In this document: positions 7,549 to 15,585 of the stretch, one piece after another
Layout: each line of letters opens with the position of its first letter
Numbering within the stretch: the first letter of the stretch is position 1
Assembly: GCF_000955905.1 (NCBI RefSeq)
Contig: NZ_CP011097.1
Location: 924,582 to 956,581 of the forward strand
DNA: 32,000 nt
Source of the DNA: Candidatus Nitrosotenuis cloacae
Lineage (GTDB): Archaea > Thermoproteota > Nitrososphaeria > Nitrososphaerales > Nitrosopumilaceae
Direction of reading: 5' to 3'
Position numbers and translations under genes: made by a program
The notes under the pieces: generated by a model
Told to the model about the DNA's origin: nothing
Seen by the model: only the letters and a program-made list of their open reading frames with translations
The model's database searches: none

Positions 7549-10500
7549 CTAGTCTTCGGACTCGTCATCATCTTCGTCATCCATTGGCTTGATGATCTCA
7601 CAGCTGAGTGGGTCGATATTGTTGGTTCCTTGGCCGCCATGACACAGATCAGTTCCGGCACCACCAGATATGATGTCGTTGCCCTGTCCCCCGTGAATTC
7701 TATCATTGCCATCTCCGCCGTTAATGGTATCTGCTCCTTGGTTACCATGTAGTTTGTCTGCACCGTTTCCGCCGTCTATAGTATCATTGTCTTTTCCGCT
7801 TGTCACCTTGTCGTCTCCATCACCAGAGTATATCTTGTCATTTCCTTGTCCTCCACCTATCTTGTCAGCCCCGCCTTGACCGAAGATCTGATCGTTGCCT
7901 TTGCCGCCCTTGATTTTATCATTGCCTGCACCACCAATGACACAATCATTGCCGTCTTTGGCTTCTACTTTATCACCGTTGTTGCCAAGTAGTATTAGAT
8001 CAGCGTTCTTTGTTCCCTTGAGATTCTTTGATAGGCCTCCGCGGTTATCCATTACAGTATAGACGCCAGAGGATATTAGCTGCTCAATTGTCATATTATC
8101 ACAGTACAACAGTACAGATGAAACTGGAACTATCGTTATGGTGACTAATCCCACATCAGAATCAGTTCCATCAGACATGACATACTCAAATGATGCAACA
8201 CCTGAGAATCCAGGTGTTGGAGTAAAGATTACCTTGTTGTTTATGCTATCAAGTACAGCATTGCCGTTTTGCGAGTTTTGAACTTGTGTTATTACTAGAG
8301 GCCCTCCATCTCCACCATCAGAATCGTTTGACATCAGACTTAGTGATAGAATCTCAATTGGTGTATTCTGGTTTGTTGAGAATGGCCCATCATCTGTTAC
8401 CACTGGTGGGTCGTTGATTGGGATTATGTGGATATTCACAATAGCAGTTACCGCGGTTCCATCACTGTCGGTTATCTGGTATGTGTATGAATCAGGACCA
8501 TTTTGGTTTGTGTTTGGTGTGTAGGTAATGGTGTTGCCTGCATTTATGGTTGCAATACCTTTTGCACCTTGTGTTGTGATTGATACTATAATTGGTTGAT
8601 CACCAACTACAGGATTGTTACCAAGGACATCGTTGGCCAGAACAGATGTTGTGACTGGCGTGTCCTCATTTGTGATGTCCGAATCGTCATTAGCTGTTGG
8701 GATGTCGTTTACTGGTGTAATTGTTATTGATACGGTTGCAGTATCTGTGTCTCCATCGACATCAGTTATTCTATATTCGTATGAATCAACACCGTTGAGA
8801 TCTGCGTTTGGTGTGTAGGTGATAGTATTATCTAAATTGACTGTGGCAGTACCTAGTATGCCTTGTGACTCTATTGCTATGATGATTCCGCCATCACCCA
8901 AGTTTAGATCATTCGATAGAATGGCAGTTGTGGCTACAGTGTCCTCATTAGCAATTGTGGTATCACCTATTGCATCTGGTAGATCATCTACAGAGTTTAT
9001 TGTAATCGACACTGTCGCAATATTGGAATCAGCAAATCCGTCATTTACCTTGTATGTAAAAGAGTCAGCTCCGAAATAATTTGCGTTTGGAGTATATGTG
9101 AATGAACCGTCTGGACTTAGCACAAATGCTTGTGAATGAGTAGGTCCAGAGATCAAAACTGTGGATAATGCCGGCGAATCAATATCGACATCATTTCCAA
9201 GGACGCCAGATATTGAAACCGAGAGAATGCTGTCTTCGTTGACGGCATATACGTCATCATTTGCAATTGGAGCATCATCTTCTCCACCCACCACAACAGT
9301 TACTGTTGCAGAGTCTTGTGAGCCAGCACTGTCTTTCATCATGTATGTGAATGTGTCAACTCCATCAAAGTTTGGTGCTGGGACATAATGTAGTGTGCCG
9401 TCTGGATTTTGCGATACTCCTCCAGTTGTGCCTTGTGTAAATGATACGATGCTCTTTGTGTCTCCCACATCCACATCAGAATCGTTCGTCAAAACATCAA
9501 AGTCAGCCGCGGTGTCTTCATTTGTTACCACAGAATCATCATTTGCAATCGGCACATCATTTATCGGATTTATTATAATCTCTACGATTGCAGTTGCAGA
9601 ATCTCCATTAGCGTCAGTGATTTGGTATATGAAAGAATCTGCTCCATTAAAGTCAGGGTTTGGTGTGTATGTGATGGTGTGATCTGGATTTAGGATTACA
9701 TCTCCATTTGATGCGCTTCCAACCAGAGATACCGTAATTGGTTGATCACCGATTGCCGGATTATTTCCAAGAATGTCATTGGATAATACATTTATGATTA
9801 TTGTGCTGTCTTCATCAGTTACAGCAGCATCTGAGATTGCAGTCTGGATGTCGTTTATTGGATTGATCGTGATGTTTACCGTTGCGGTATCTGCATCTCC
9901 GTCTACATCAGTAATACGGTACAAAAATGAATCAGGTCCGAAATAGTCGGCGTTTGGTGTGTATGTTATGGTGGTGTCTGGATTTATGATAATCATTCCG
10001 TGCAAGGGCGGCAGCTCTGCAGATATGGTGATTGGAATGTCCCCTAGAACCGCGTCATTAGTAAGGACTGAGATTACTACGGCAGCATCTTCATTTGTGG
10101 TTGTAGCATCATCGGTTGCGACTGGAATGTCATTGATACTGTTTACTGTTATAGTGACTGTGGCAGTATCGCCATCACCATCCGCATCAGTTACTCGATA
10201 TACATACGAGTCAAGGCCGTGAAAATCAGCATTTGGTGTGTATGTTATAGAGTTGTCGGGATTTGGGATCACCATGCCATTTCCTGCATTTGCATCAATA
10301 GTTACGACCAGACCATTATCGCCAAGCCCTGAATCATTTACCAGTACATTGGTTGTGACTGCAACGTCTTCATTTGTAGTTGCAGTATCGTCGTTTGCAA
10401 CTGTAATGTCATCTATTGGGTTTATGGTTATTGATACAGCTGCAACATTAGAATCCAGAAAACCGTCATTTACCTTGTATGTAAAAGAGTCGGCACCGAA

Positions 10501-11970
10501 ATAATTTGCGTTTGGAGTATAGCTAAATGATCCGCTTGGGTTCAATACAAGCATACCATTGGATGATCCAGCTACCAAGACCGATGATAGTGAGATACCG
10601 TCCACATCAGAATCATTTGTCAATATTCCCGGTGGCGGTATAACTAGAGTGACATCTTCATTTGCAATGTAGGAATCATTGATTGTTTTTGGTGCATCGT
10701 TAATTGGAAGAATAGTAATTGATACAGTGGCCGGATCGGAGTTATTGGCTCCATCGTTTGCTTTGTATGTAAAAGAGTCGGCACCGAAATAATTTGCGTT
10801 TGGAGTATATGTGAAAGAACCATTTGGATTCAACGTTAGAATGCCATGTGTGGGCCCAGCAATCAGAACAGATGTAATGGTTGGAGTATCACCATCAGAA
10901 TCATTGCCAAGAACACCTGGTGCTGGAACAGTCAGCATCGTGTCCTCATTTGTCGTGTAAGAATCGTTAACGGCTACCGGTGGGAGGGATACATCATCAT
11001 TTAGTATTGTCCCGATTCCTTGTGAATCAGAAATAATTCCAAATGAGGGGGTTGAGATATTAACAAAAAACGTCTCATCGGGCTCAAAACCAGCATCACC
11101 AAATATTGAGACTGGGATTGACTGAGTGAACACGTTTGGTGCAAATGTGAGGGTTCCGGAATTTGAAGTATAGTCGATTCCTGCAAGCGCTGCGTTTGGG
11201 CCAATCCCATTGGAGGTTACAAAATTAATTGTAACCGGCACAGAGTGAGTTTGGTCCAATAGAGTAACGACAAAGTCAGCGTTTGTAATGCCAATATTGC
11301 CTTCAAGTATTGGTGTTGCGTCATTAATTGAAAAGACACATTGATTGATTGGTGCAGTGCCACCAATAGTGCCACTCAGCGTTCCACCACATTTGATATG
11401 AATCAAGCCGGAATTGGTGATCGTGCCAATGTTGTCAAGGCCTGTTCCAACAGTGTTTGATATTGTGATAGTACCGGTGTTTGTGATGACGCCGAGCGAT
11501 CTAACTGTAATTCCGCCGTTTATGCTGGAGGTCAGTATGTTGACAGTGCCAGAATTGATGAGCATTCCACTAGCTGCAGGACTACCAATAGTCATGCCGG
11601 TGCCGCCAGCATTTACCAGATTTATTATGCCAGGGTTGTTTAGTACACCTCCATTAAAAATACGAATTCCACTGTCCCCCGTATTTTGTACTGATAAGGT
11701 TCCAAAGTTTGTGATGGTGCCAGTATTTCCAACTTCACTTGGGATTGTGACTGTTATTCCAGGATTGATTGTCACTGAATTTCCTGCTACAACATTGGCA
11801 CCAGGGGAAATGCCTCCCAGCCAAGTCGAAGGTGAGAACCAGCTGCCGGAATTTACTGCAGTAAAAGAATCCGCAAAGGCTTCTTGAATCAGTAAAGCAG
11901 GACTAAGCGTTCCAGTCAGAAGAATTATTGAGATCAGTCCTGTCAAAATTGAATAATAATTTTTCAGCAC
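7549..11970 (-). CDS. giant exported Ca-binding adhesin-like protein (1473 aa)
   Basis: GTG start. Hydrophobic N-terminal signal (LISIILLTGTLSPALLIQEAFA). Residues about 75-210 carry G-T-I-T-N-x-G type beta-helix-like repeats. Residues about 212-327 are Calx-beta-like (ALAGIDYTSNSGTLTFAP...FGDAGFEPDETF). Residues 330-1283 hold ten ~95-aa repeats (NDxP..D.Y...ED..L.....L.NDSD.D.....ITYTPNANYFG.DSFTY...D). Residues 1329-1454 hold 14 RTX nonapeptides. The tail is acidic (DDEDDDESED). Confidence 0.85.
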   Translation of the reverse strand: MLKNYYSILTGLISIILLTGTLSPALLIQEAFADSFTAVNSGSWFSPSTWLGGISPGANVVAGNSVTINPGITVTIPSEVGNTGTITNFGTLSVQNTGDSGIRIFNGGVLNNPGIINLVNAGGTGMTIGSPAASGMLINSGTVNILTSSINGGITVRSLGVITNTGTITISNTVGTGLDNIGTITNSGLIHIKCGGTLSGTIGGTAPINQCVFSINDATPILEGNIGITNADFVVTLLDQTHSVPVTINFVTSNGIGPNAALAGIDYTSNSGTLTFAPNVFTQSIPVSIFGDAGFEPDETFFVNISTPSFGIISDSQGIGTILNDDVSLPPVAVNDSYTTNEDTMLTVPAPGVLGNDSDGDTPTITSVLIAGPTHGILTLNPNGSFTYTPNANYFGADSFTYKANDGANNSDPATVSITILPINDAPKTINDSYIANEDVTLVIPPPGILTNDSDVDGISLSSVLVAGSSNGMLVLNPSGSFSYTPNANYFGADSFTYKVNDGFLDSNVAAVSITINPIDDITVANDDTATTNEDVAVTTNVLVNDSGLGDNGLVVTIDANAGNGMVIPNPDNSITYTPNADFHGLDSYVYRVTDADGDGDTATVTITVNSINDIPVATDDATTTNEDAAVVISVLTNDAVLGDIPITISAELPPLHGMIIINPDTTITYTPNADYFGPDSFLYRITDVDGDADTATVNITINPINDIQTAISDAAVTDEDSTIIINVLSNDILGNNPAIGDQPITVSLVGSASNGDVILNPDHTITYTPNPDFNGADSFIYQITDANGDSATAIVEIIINPINDVPIANDDSVVTNEDTAADFDVLTNDSDVDVGDTKSIVSFTQGTTGGVSQNPDGTLHYVPAPNFDGVDTFTYMMKDSAGSQDSATVTVVVGGEDDAPIANDDVYAVNEDSILSVSISGVLGNDVDIDSPALSTVLISGPTHSQAFVLSPDGSFTYTPNANYFGADSFTYKVNDGFADSNIATVSITINSVDDLPDAIGDTTIANEDTVATTAILSNDLNLGDGGIIIAIESQGILGTATVNLDNTITYTPNADLNGVDSYEYRITDVDGDTDTATVSITITPVNDIPTANDDSDITNEDTPVTTSVLANDVLGNNPVVGDQPIIVSITTQGAKGIATINAGNTITYTPNTNQNGPDSYTYQITDSDGTAVTAIVNIHIIPINDPPVVTDDGPFSTNQNTPIEILSLSLMSNDSDGGDGGPLVITQVQNSQNGNAVLDSINNKVIFTPTPGFSGVASFEYVMSDGTDSDVGLVTITIVPVSSVLLYCDNMTIEQLISSGVYTVMDNRGGLSKNLKGTKNADLILLGNNGDKVEAKDGNDCVIGGAGNDKIKGGKGNDQIFGQGGADKIGGGQGNDKIYSGDGDDKVTSGKDNDTIDGGNGADKLHGNQGADTINGGDGNDRIHGGQGNDIISGGAGTDLCHGGQGTNNIDPLSCEIIKPMDDEDDDESED
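7609..7986 (-). repeat. 14 uninterrupted RTX / hemolysin-type Ca-binding nonapeptide units (27-nt period)
   Basis: GNNGDKVEA KDGNDCVIG GAGNDKIKG GKGNDQIFG QGGADKIGG GQGNDKIYS GDGDDKVTS GKDNDTIDG GNGADKLHG NQGADTING GDGNDRIHG GQGNDIISG GAGTDLCHG GQGTNNIDP. Confidence 0.85.
8122..10983 (-). repeat. ten tandem ~280-295-nt coding repeats (cadherin-like / VCBS-like ~95-aa modules)
   Basis: Module boundaries counted in the protein: aa 330, 427, 523, 616, 709, 807, 901, 998, 1091, 1189-1283. Near-identical DNA cores (tgtatgtaaaagagtc[ag]gc[at]ccgaaataatttgcgtttggagtata) occur near 9050, 10480 and 10765. Confidence 0.85.
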
Positions 11971-12016
11971 CAGTCATTCAACTCCCAAAATGGGTCAAAT
12001 TGTGTAACGTATGATG

Positions 12017-12042
12017 TTCCTATCCCCAATGCGCTATAGGAA
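12017..12042. promoter_or_regulatory. inverted repeat TTCCTAT-N12-ATAGGAA downstream of the adhesin-gene TATA
   Basis: Perfect 7-bp arms at 12017-12023 and 12036-12042, next to the strong TATA region. Candidate operator or 5'-leader stem. Confidence 0.35.
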
Positions 12043-12043
12043 G

Positions 12044-12059
12044 TTTTTTTATATTTAAA
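12044..12059 (-). promoter_or_regulatory. strong TATA region (TTTAAATATAAAAAAA, minus strand) for the giant adhesin gene
   Basis: No other good TATA lies upstream of GTG 11970, and this one is about 75-90 nt away. This implies an unusually long leader. GGGAG sits 12 nt before the GTG. Confidence 0.4.
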
Positions 12060-12172
12060 GGATCTTTTGCGTATAAAATATCACAGTTTTTCTCAATTAA
12101 TAAAATAAAGAAAAGTAGGCTCGAATCAAAACTAGGATTTTCAGAACGACATAATCAGAAATGATAGAGATG

Positions 12173-12180
12173 TTATATTA
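12173..12180 (+). promoter_or_regulatory. TATA-box-like element (TTATATTA) for purP
   Basis: Lies 22 nt upstream of TTG 12203. Confidence 0.4.
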
Positions 12181-12202
12181 CCAATATTTTCTCAAATAAT
12201 CA

Positions 12203-13294
12203 TTGATTAAAAGATCAGAGATTTCCAAAATCATGCAAAACTATTCTGATTTTAGAATCGGCGTTTTGGGCAGCCACTCTGCACTAGAAATAATGGATGG
12301 AGCAAAAGACGAGGGAATATCCACCGTTGTGATATGCCAAAAAGGCAGAGACATCCCATATAGACGATTCAAGCGAATTGCAGATGAGATCATTGTAGTG
12401 GACAAATTCTCAGAAATGGCATCGCCAAAGATGCAAAAACTATTCATCGATACCAACACCATAATAGTTCCACACCGAGCACTTACTGCCTATTTGGGGT
12501 ATCATACCATAGAGAACAAGTTCAAGGTCCCAATTTTTGGAAATAGAGGACTGTTTCAGGCAGAAGAGCGCAGTTTTTCAAAAAACCAGTACTATTTGTT
12601 GGAAAAATCCAAAATAAGACTGCCAAAGATATTTTCTGATCCGAAAAAAATCGACAGACCAGTAATAGTAAAGGTGCAGGAAAAAAAGCGCAAAATGGAG
12701 CGCGCATTTTTCACAGCGTCCAACTATCAAGACTTTATCATAAAATCACAAGAACGAATCAAAAAAGGAATCATCGATGCCAAGGAACTCAAAAAGGCAA
12801 GTATCGAGGAATTGGTACTTGGGACATACATGAATTTCAATTATTTCCACACTCCAGTCTCTGATCAGGTTGATTTCATTGGGATAGAGCGAAGGCTGCA
12901 GACAAACATTCATGACTATAATGCATTGCCTGCAAAGCAACAACTCGACATTAATCTTGATACACAAAACATCGAAGTAGGCCACACCCCTGCCAGCATT
13001 AGAGAGTCCTTGCTGGAAAAGGTCATAGAGATGGGTGACAAGTTTGTAGCAGGTGTCAAAAAAGTATATCCACCGGGAATAATCGGACCGTTTTCATTGC
13101 AATCCGTGATTACAAAGGACTTGGAGCTAGTTGTGTATGATGTATCATTGAGGGTTCCTGGCAATCCCATCGTAGCTACCACCTCGCCATACACAAAATA
13201 CCAGTATGGTGAGACATTTGGGGTGGGAAGAAGAATAGCAATGGAGATCAAGCGAGCCCACCAAGAAGGCAGACTGGAAGAGATTCTAACTTAG
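12203..13294 (+). CDS. purP: 5-formaminoimidazole-4-carboxamide ribonucleotide (FAICAR) synthetase PurP (archaeal, ATP-grasp)
   Basis: IGVLGSHSALEIMDGAKDEGISTVVIC...YRRF matches the N-terminus of archaeal PurP. Promoter spacing favours the TTG start at 12203. The alternative is ATG 12233. Confidence 0.85.
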   Translation: MIKRSEISKIMQNYSDFRIGVLGSHSALEIMDGAKDEGISTVVICQKGRDIPYRRFKRIADEIIVVDKFSEMASPKMQKLFIDTNTIIVPHRALTAYLGYHTIENKFKVPIFGNRGLFQAEERSFSKNQYYLLEKSKIRLPKIFSDPKKIDRPVIVKVQEKKRKMERAFFTASNYQDFIIKSQERIKKGIIDAKELKKASIEELVLGTYMNFNYFHTPVSDQVDFIGIERRLQTNIHDYNALPAKQQLDINLDTQNIEVGHTPASIRESLLEKVIEMGDKFVAGVKKVYPPGIIGPFSLQSVITKDLELVVYDVSLRVPGNPIVATTSPYTKYQYGETFGVGRRIAMEIKRAHQEGRLEEILT

Positions 13295-13717
13295 GTTTTC
13301 CGTCTTTTCTTTTAGTAACGTGTTTCGAACCAAAATAGGAATGTTGTAAAATGCAGCAAGTGCTACTGCGTCCGATGCACGATAATTCCTAAGAACAATG
13401 TCCTTTTTGCCAGTAAAATACAGGTTTGCGCGTAGAACACTTCCGCTCTCATACACCTTTACTTTGACTAGAAGCATCTCGTTTCCCTCACATATTTCCT
13501 CAATCATGTTGTATATGGTGGGCAGTGCATCGCGTCTGCCTTCCACAAATGACTTGATGTGTCTTGCCACCTCGCCAGAGAATGCGCGCATGTGAAATTC
13601 TTTTTTGTCATCGGATTGTAGTATAATGATGCCTTCCATTGCATATGGATCAATGAATCCCACATGAGTTATTTTTGCAGAAGAATAATCTGGTTCTTGT
13701 TTTTGGTTTATGTTCAA
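13286..13717 (-). CDS. bifunctional nuclease (BFN/DUF151) family protein
   Basis: 143 aa. LPTIYNMIEEI...VKVKVYESGSVLRANLYF...LRNYRASDAVALAAFYNIPILV matches the DUF151 core (THDL-like segment and RxSDAIALA...PI.V). TTG start. Confidence 0.7.
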   Translation of the reverse strand: MNINQKQEPDYSSAKITHVGFIDPYAMEGIIILQSDDKKEFHMRAFSGEVARHIKSFVEGRRDALPTIYNMIEEICEGNEMLLVKVKVYESGSVLRANLYFTGKKDIVLRNYRASDAVALAAFYNIPILVRNTLLKEKTENLS

Positions 13718-13742
13718 TTGTTTTTGATATGGTTTTGGTTTC

Positions 13743-13752
13743 TATTAAATAA
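13743..13752 (-). promoter_or_regulatory. TATA-box-like element (TTATTTAATA, minus strand) for the BFN gene
   Basis: Lies 25 nt upstream of TTG 13715-13717. Confidence 0.4.
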
Positions 13753-13824
13753 TACATCTGATCGTATGGATAACTTATCAGTTCTACGCGGCTCTTAAAT
13801 GCAAAATCATAGTTATTGTAATCA

Positions 13825-13992
13825 ATGAAAATAGACATACCACTACCATGTCCGGCATGTGGCGGAAAAATGTACTCAGTTGGGTATGAGACCCCTCTGA
13901 AGATCCTAAAGGCCAGAACTTGGCACGTCTGCAAAGAATGCAAGTTCTCACGAAGCGTAGAAGACTTCAAAAAATCGCTCTGCTGTGCATAG
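13825..13992 (+). CDS. small zinc-ribbon protein (55 aa; CPAC...CKEC)
   Basis: Below the track cutoff. Hand translation: MKIDIPLPCPACGGKMYSVGYETPLKILKARTWHVCKECKFSRSVEDFKKSLCCA. TATA-like TCTTAAAT (13793-13800) lies 24 nt upstream. The listed minus ORF 13650-13970 is antisense junk. Confidence 0.55.
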   Translation: MKIDIPLPCPACGGKMYSVGYETPLKILKARTWHVCKECKFSRSVEDFKKSLCCA

Positions 13993-14035
13993 CGGTGGAT
14001 TAGTTTTCTATTTTCTTATTTTTTAGACACACAAG

Positions 14036-14043
14036 TTAAATAA
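14036..14043 (+). promoter_or_regulatory. TATA-box-like element (TTAAATAA) for hicB-hicA
   Basis: Lies 21 nt upstream of ATG 14065. Confidence 0.4.
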
Positions 14044-14064
14044 TTAATGTGAACATTATCCATC

Positions 14065-14259
14065 ATGTCTGTTAAGGTTAAGGATGTTAAAACAAAAGCA
14101 ATCAAGGAAAAAGACGGCACATATTCACTTGCTTGTTCTGCATTAGGTGTATACAGCAACGGGAAGAACCTCAAAGATGCCAAAAAGAACTTTGCTGAAG
14201 CACTCGAATTACATTTGTCAGTATTAAGAGAAAAGGCAACAAAGATCATTACGGCGTGA
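14065..14259 (+). CDS. hicB: HicB-like antitoxin (UPF0150 fold only, 64 aa)
   Basis: EKDGTYSLACSALGVYSNGKNLKDAKKNFAEALELHL matches the HicB N-terminal domain pattern (dG.y.a....l.g....G.t.eEA..n..eAl.lhl). There is no room for a C-terminal RHH/HTH domain. The stop overlaps the hicA GTG (GTGA). Confidence 0.7.
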   Translation: MSVKVKDVKTKAIKEKDGTYSLACSALGVYSNGKNLKDAKKNFAEALELHLSVLREKATKIITA

Positions 14260-14471
14260 GTAAGCTAAGTCCAATACACGGTAAAGAACTAGTCAAAATC
14301 CTATCTAATCAATTCAATTTTCATCCAATACGACAAAAAGGTAGTCATGTCACACTCACCAATGGAACAATTTACGTAACCGTTCCACTAAAAGAAATTC
14401 GTATTGGGTTGTTAGGAACAATACTACAGGATTGTGGAATTACACGGGAAGAATTTCTAAAACAAACCTAG
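14256..14471 (+). CDS. hicA: HicA-family mRNA interferase toxin (71 aa)
   Basis: GKELVKIL...FHPIRQKGSHVTLTNG...VPLKEIRIGLLGTILQDCGITREEF matches the HicA/YcfA pattern, including the GSH motif. Confidence 0.75.
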   Translation: MSKLSPIHGKELVKILSNQFNFHPIRQKGSHVTLTNGTIYVTVPLKEIRIGLLGTILQDCGITREEFLKQT

Positions 14472-14510
14472 ATACGATTTAATTTTAGTGGGAATTGAGC
14501 TCAAACTAGA

Positions 14511-15311
14511 ATGGCTCAAAGGGATGGCAGGGCACTGATCACACTAGGGTTTGTGTCCATTGCAATTTTGTTTTTGATTTACGCAAGACTTGGCAACTCT
14601 GAGGTTACGCCAGCAGCACTGGAATCAATTGAGAGGTTAGGTGTGACGTTTTATGGTATGATGTTATTGGCACTTGGCGCAATTGCGTATGGATTCTATC
14701 AGTACCACAAATACAAAGTAGAAAAAAGTCAGAATGACCCATTTTCAATCATAGCGCAGGTGACTTGGAATTCTAAATCACGTAAGATCTTTCTTGCAAC
14801 ATCAATCGGATATGGAGTGTTTTTTGCCCTCACATCAGGCATACTGGTGTACCAGCCAGACGTTACGTTTTCATACCATTACAACGTGGCAGTGCCCTCG
14901 GCCCAGATCGCCCCATGTTGTGGGGAAATTGGCTATGTTCCAAAATTCATCTTTTACATAACAGAACATGTTGGAATGCAAGTGATTCCAATCAATTTGA
15001 TATTACAGATTACGGTATCATATTTGGTTGGGCTAAATGCGGCAATTGCCGTAAATGCATTTTCCATATTGCGCAAAAATGCAGGCATGGGAAGTGTAGC
15101 GGCAGCCACTGGACTATTCATTGCATGCCCTACTTGTGCTGGAACGTTTCTGTCGTTGTTTGTTTCTGCATCCAGTGCCGTGGCATTCACACTAGCAGTC
15201 ACTCAACTACAAACCATACTAATTGCAATATCGATTCCGCTATTGGTGGTAACGCCAGTGATAATGGCAAAAAAGATCAAATCCAGTGGCTGGAGCTGCA
15301 AGACTAGCTGA
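14511..15311 (+). CDS. polytopic membrane protein with intramembrane Cys motifs (APCCGE, IACPTCAG)
   Basis: 266 aa with about 6-7 hydrophobic helices. TATA-like TTTAATTT (14478-14485) lies 25 nt upstream. Family not recognised. Confidence 0.7.
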   Translation: MAQRDGRALITLGFVSIAILFLIYARLGNSEVTPAALESIERLGVTFYGMMLLALGAIAYGFYQYHKYKVEKSQNDPFSIIAQVTWNSKSRKIFLATSIGYGVFFALTSGILVYQPDVTFSYHYNVAVPSAQIAPCCGEIGYVPKFIFYITEHVGMQVIPINLILQITVSYLVGLNAAIAVNAFSILRKNAGMGSVAAATGLFIACPTCAGTFLSLFVSASSAVAFTLAVTQLQTILIAISIPLLVVTPVIMAKKIKSSGWSCKTS

Positions 15312-15555
15312 ATTTTTTTACTTCGGGAATAGTCCAGTTTCCAATATCATAGCCATCACGCCTCAGATACTTTAGCGTCAGTTTGTAAATCAGCTCGTCA
15401 TGGTCTACCTTTTCGAGAATTTCAGACCAGAGAATTTTGCCATTGTGTGCAATGTGGCTTTTGAATTCTGGATTTAGTGCTTCGGCGATTTGTCTGCACT
15501 GATCAAATGTCTTTCCGTTTCGATATGCACGAACACGTCTGTCACAGCTTTCCAT
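15304..15555 (-). CDS. hypothetical protein (83 aa)
   Basis: Plausible composition. Its 3' end overlaps the convergent membrane-protein gene by 8 nt. No family recognised. Confidence 0.5.
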   Translation of the reverse strand: MESCDRRVRAYRNGKTFDQCRQIAEALNPEFKSHIAHNGKILWSEILEKVDHDELIYKLTLKYLRRDGYDIGNWTIPEVKKFS

Positions 15556-15585
15556 GGCGTAGATAGTATGATGTCCAATAAAACA

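Noticed and set aside
7542-11887. Long ORFs inside the giant adhesin gene, antisense or off-frame (for example 8615-8818, 8819-9079, 9395-9682, 10238-10504, 11414-11887, 7542-7763, 11001-11210).
   Set aside because: The repetitive D/N/T/G/I codon usage of the adhesin removes stop codons from the other frames. Their products are S/V/F/A-rich low-complexity strings that mirror the sense repeats.
12060-12172. A possible purine riboswitch or ncRNA in the AT-rich region upstream of purP, which has an extra TATA-like TATAAAAT near 12072.
   Set aside because: I could find no convincing conserved stems or purine-riboswitch-like junction. The region is most simply a divergent promoter spacer.
13650-13970. 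Minus-strand 106-aa ORF.
   Set aside because: It overlaps the BFN gene 5' region and the better-supported plus-strand zinc-ribbon ORF. It has no motif and no promoter geometry.
14915-15307. Alternative-frame ORFs inside the membrane-protein gene (14915-15307 +, 14954-15202 -).
   Set aside because: The 266-aa frame has coherent TM-helix periodicity, while the alternatives are Cys/His/Trp-rich nonsense.
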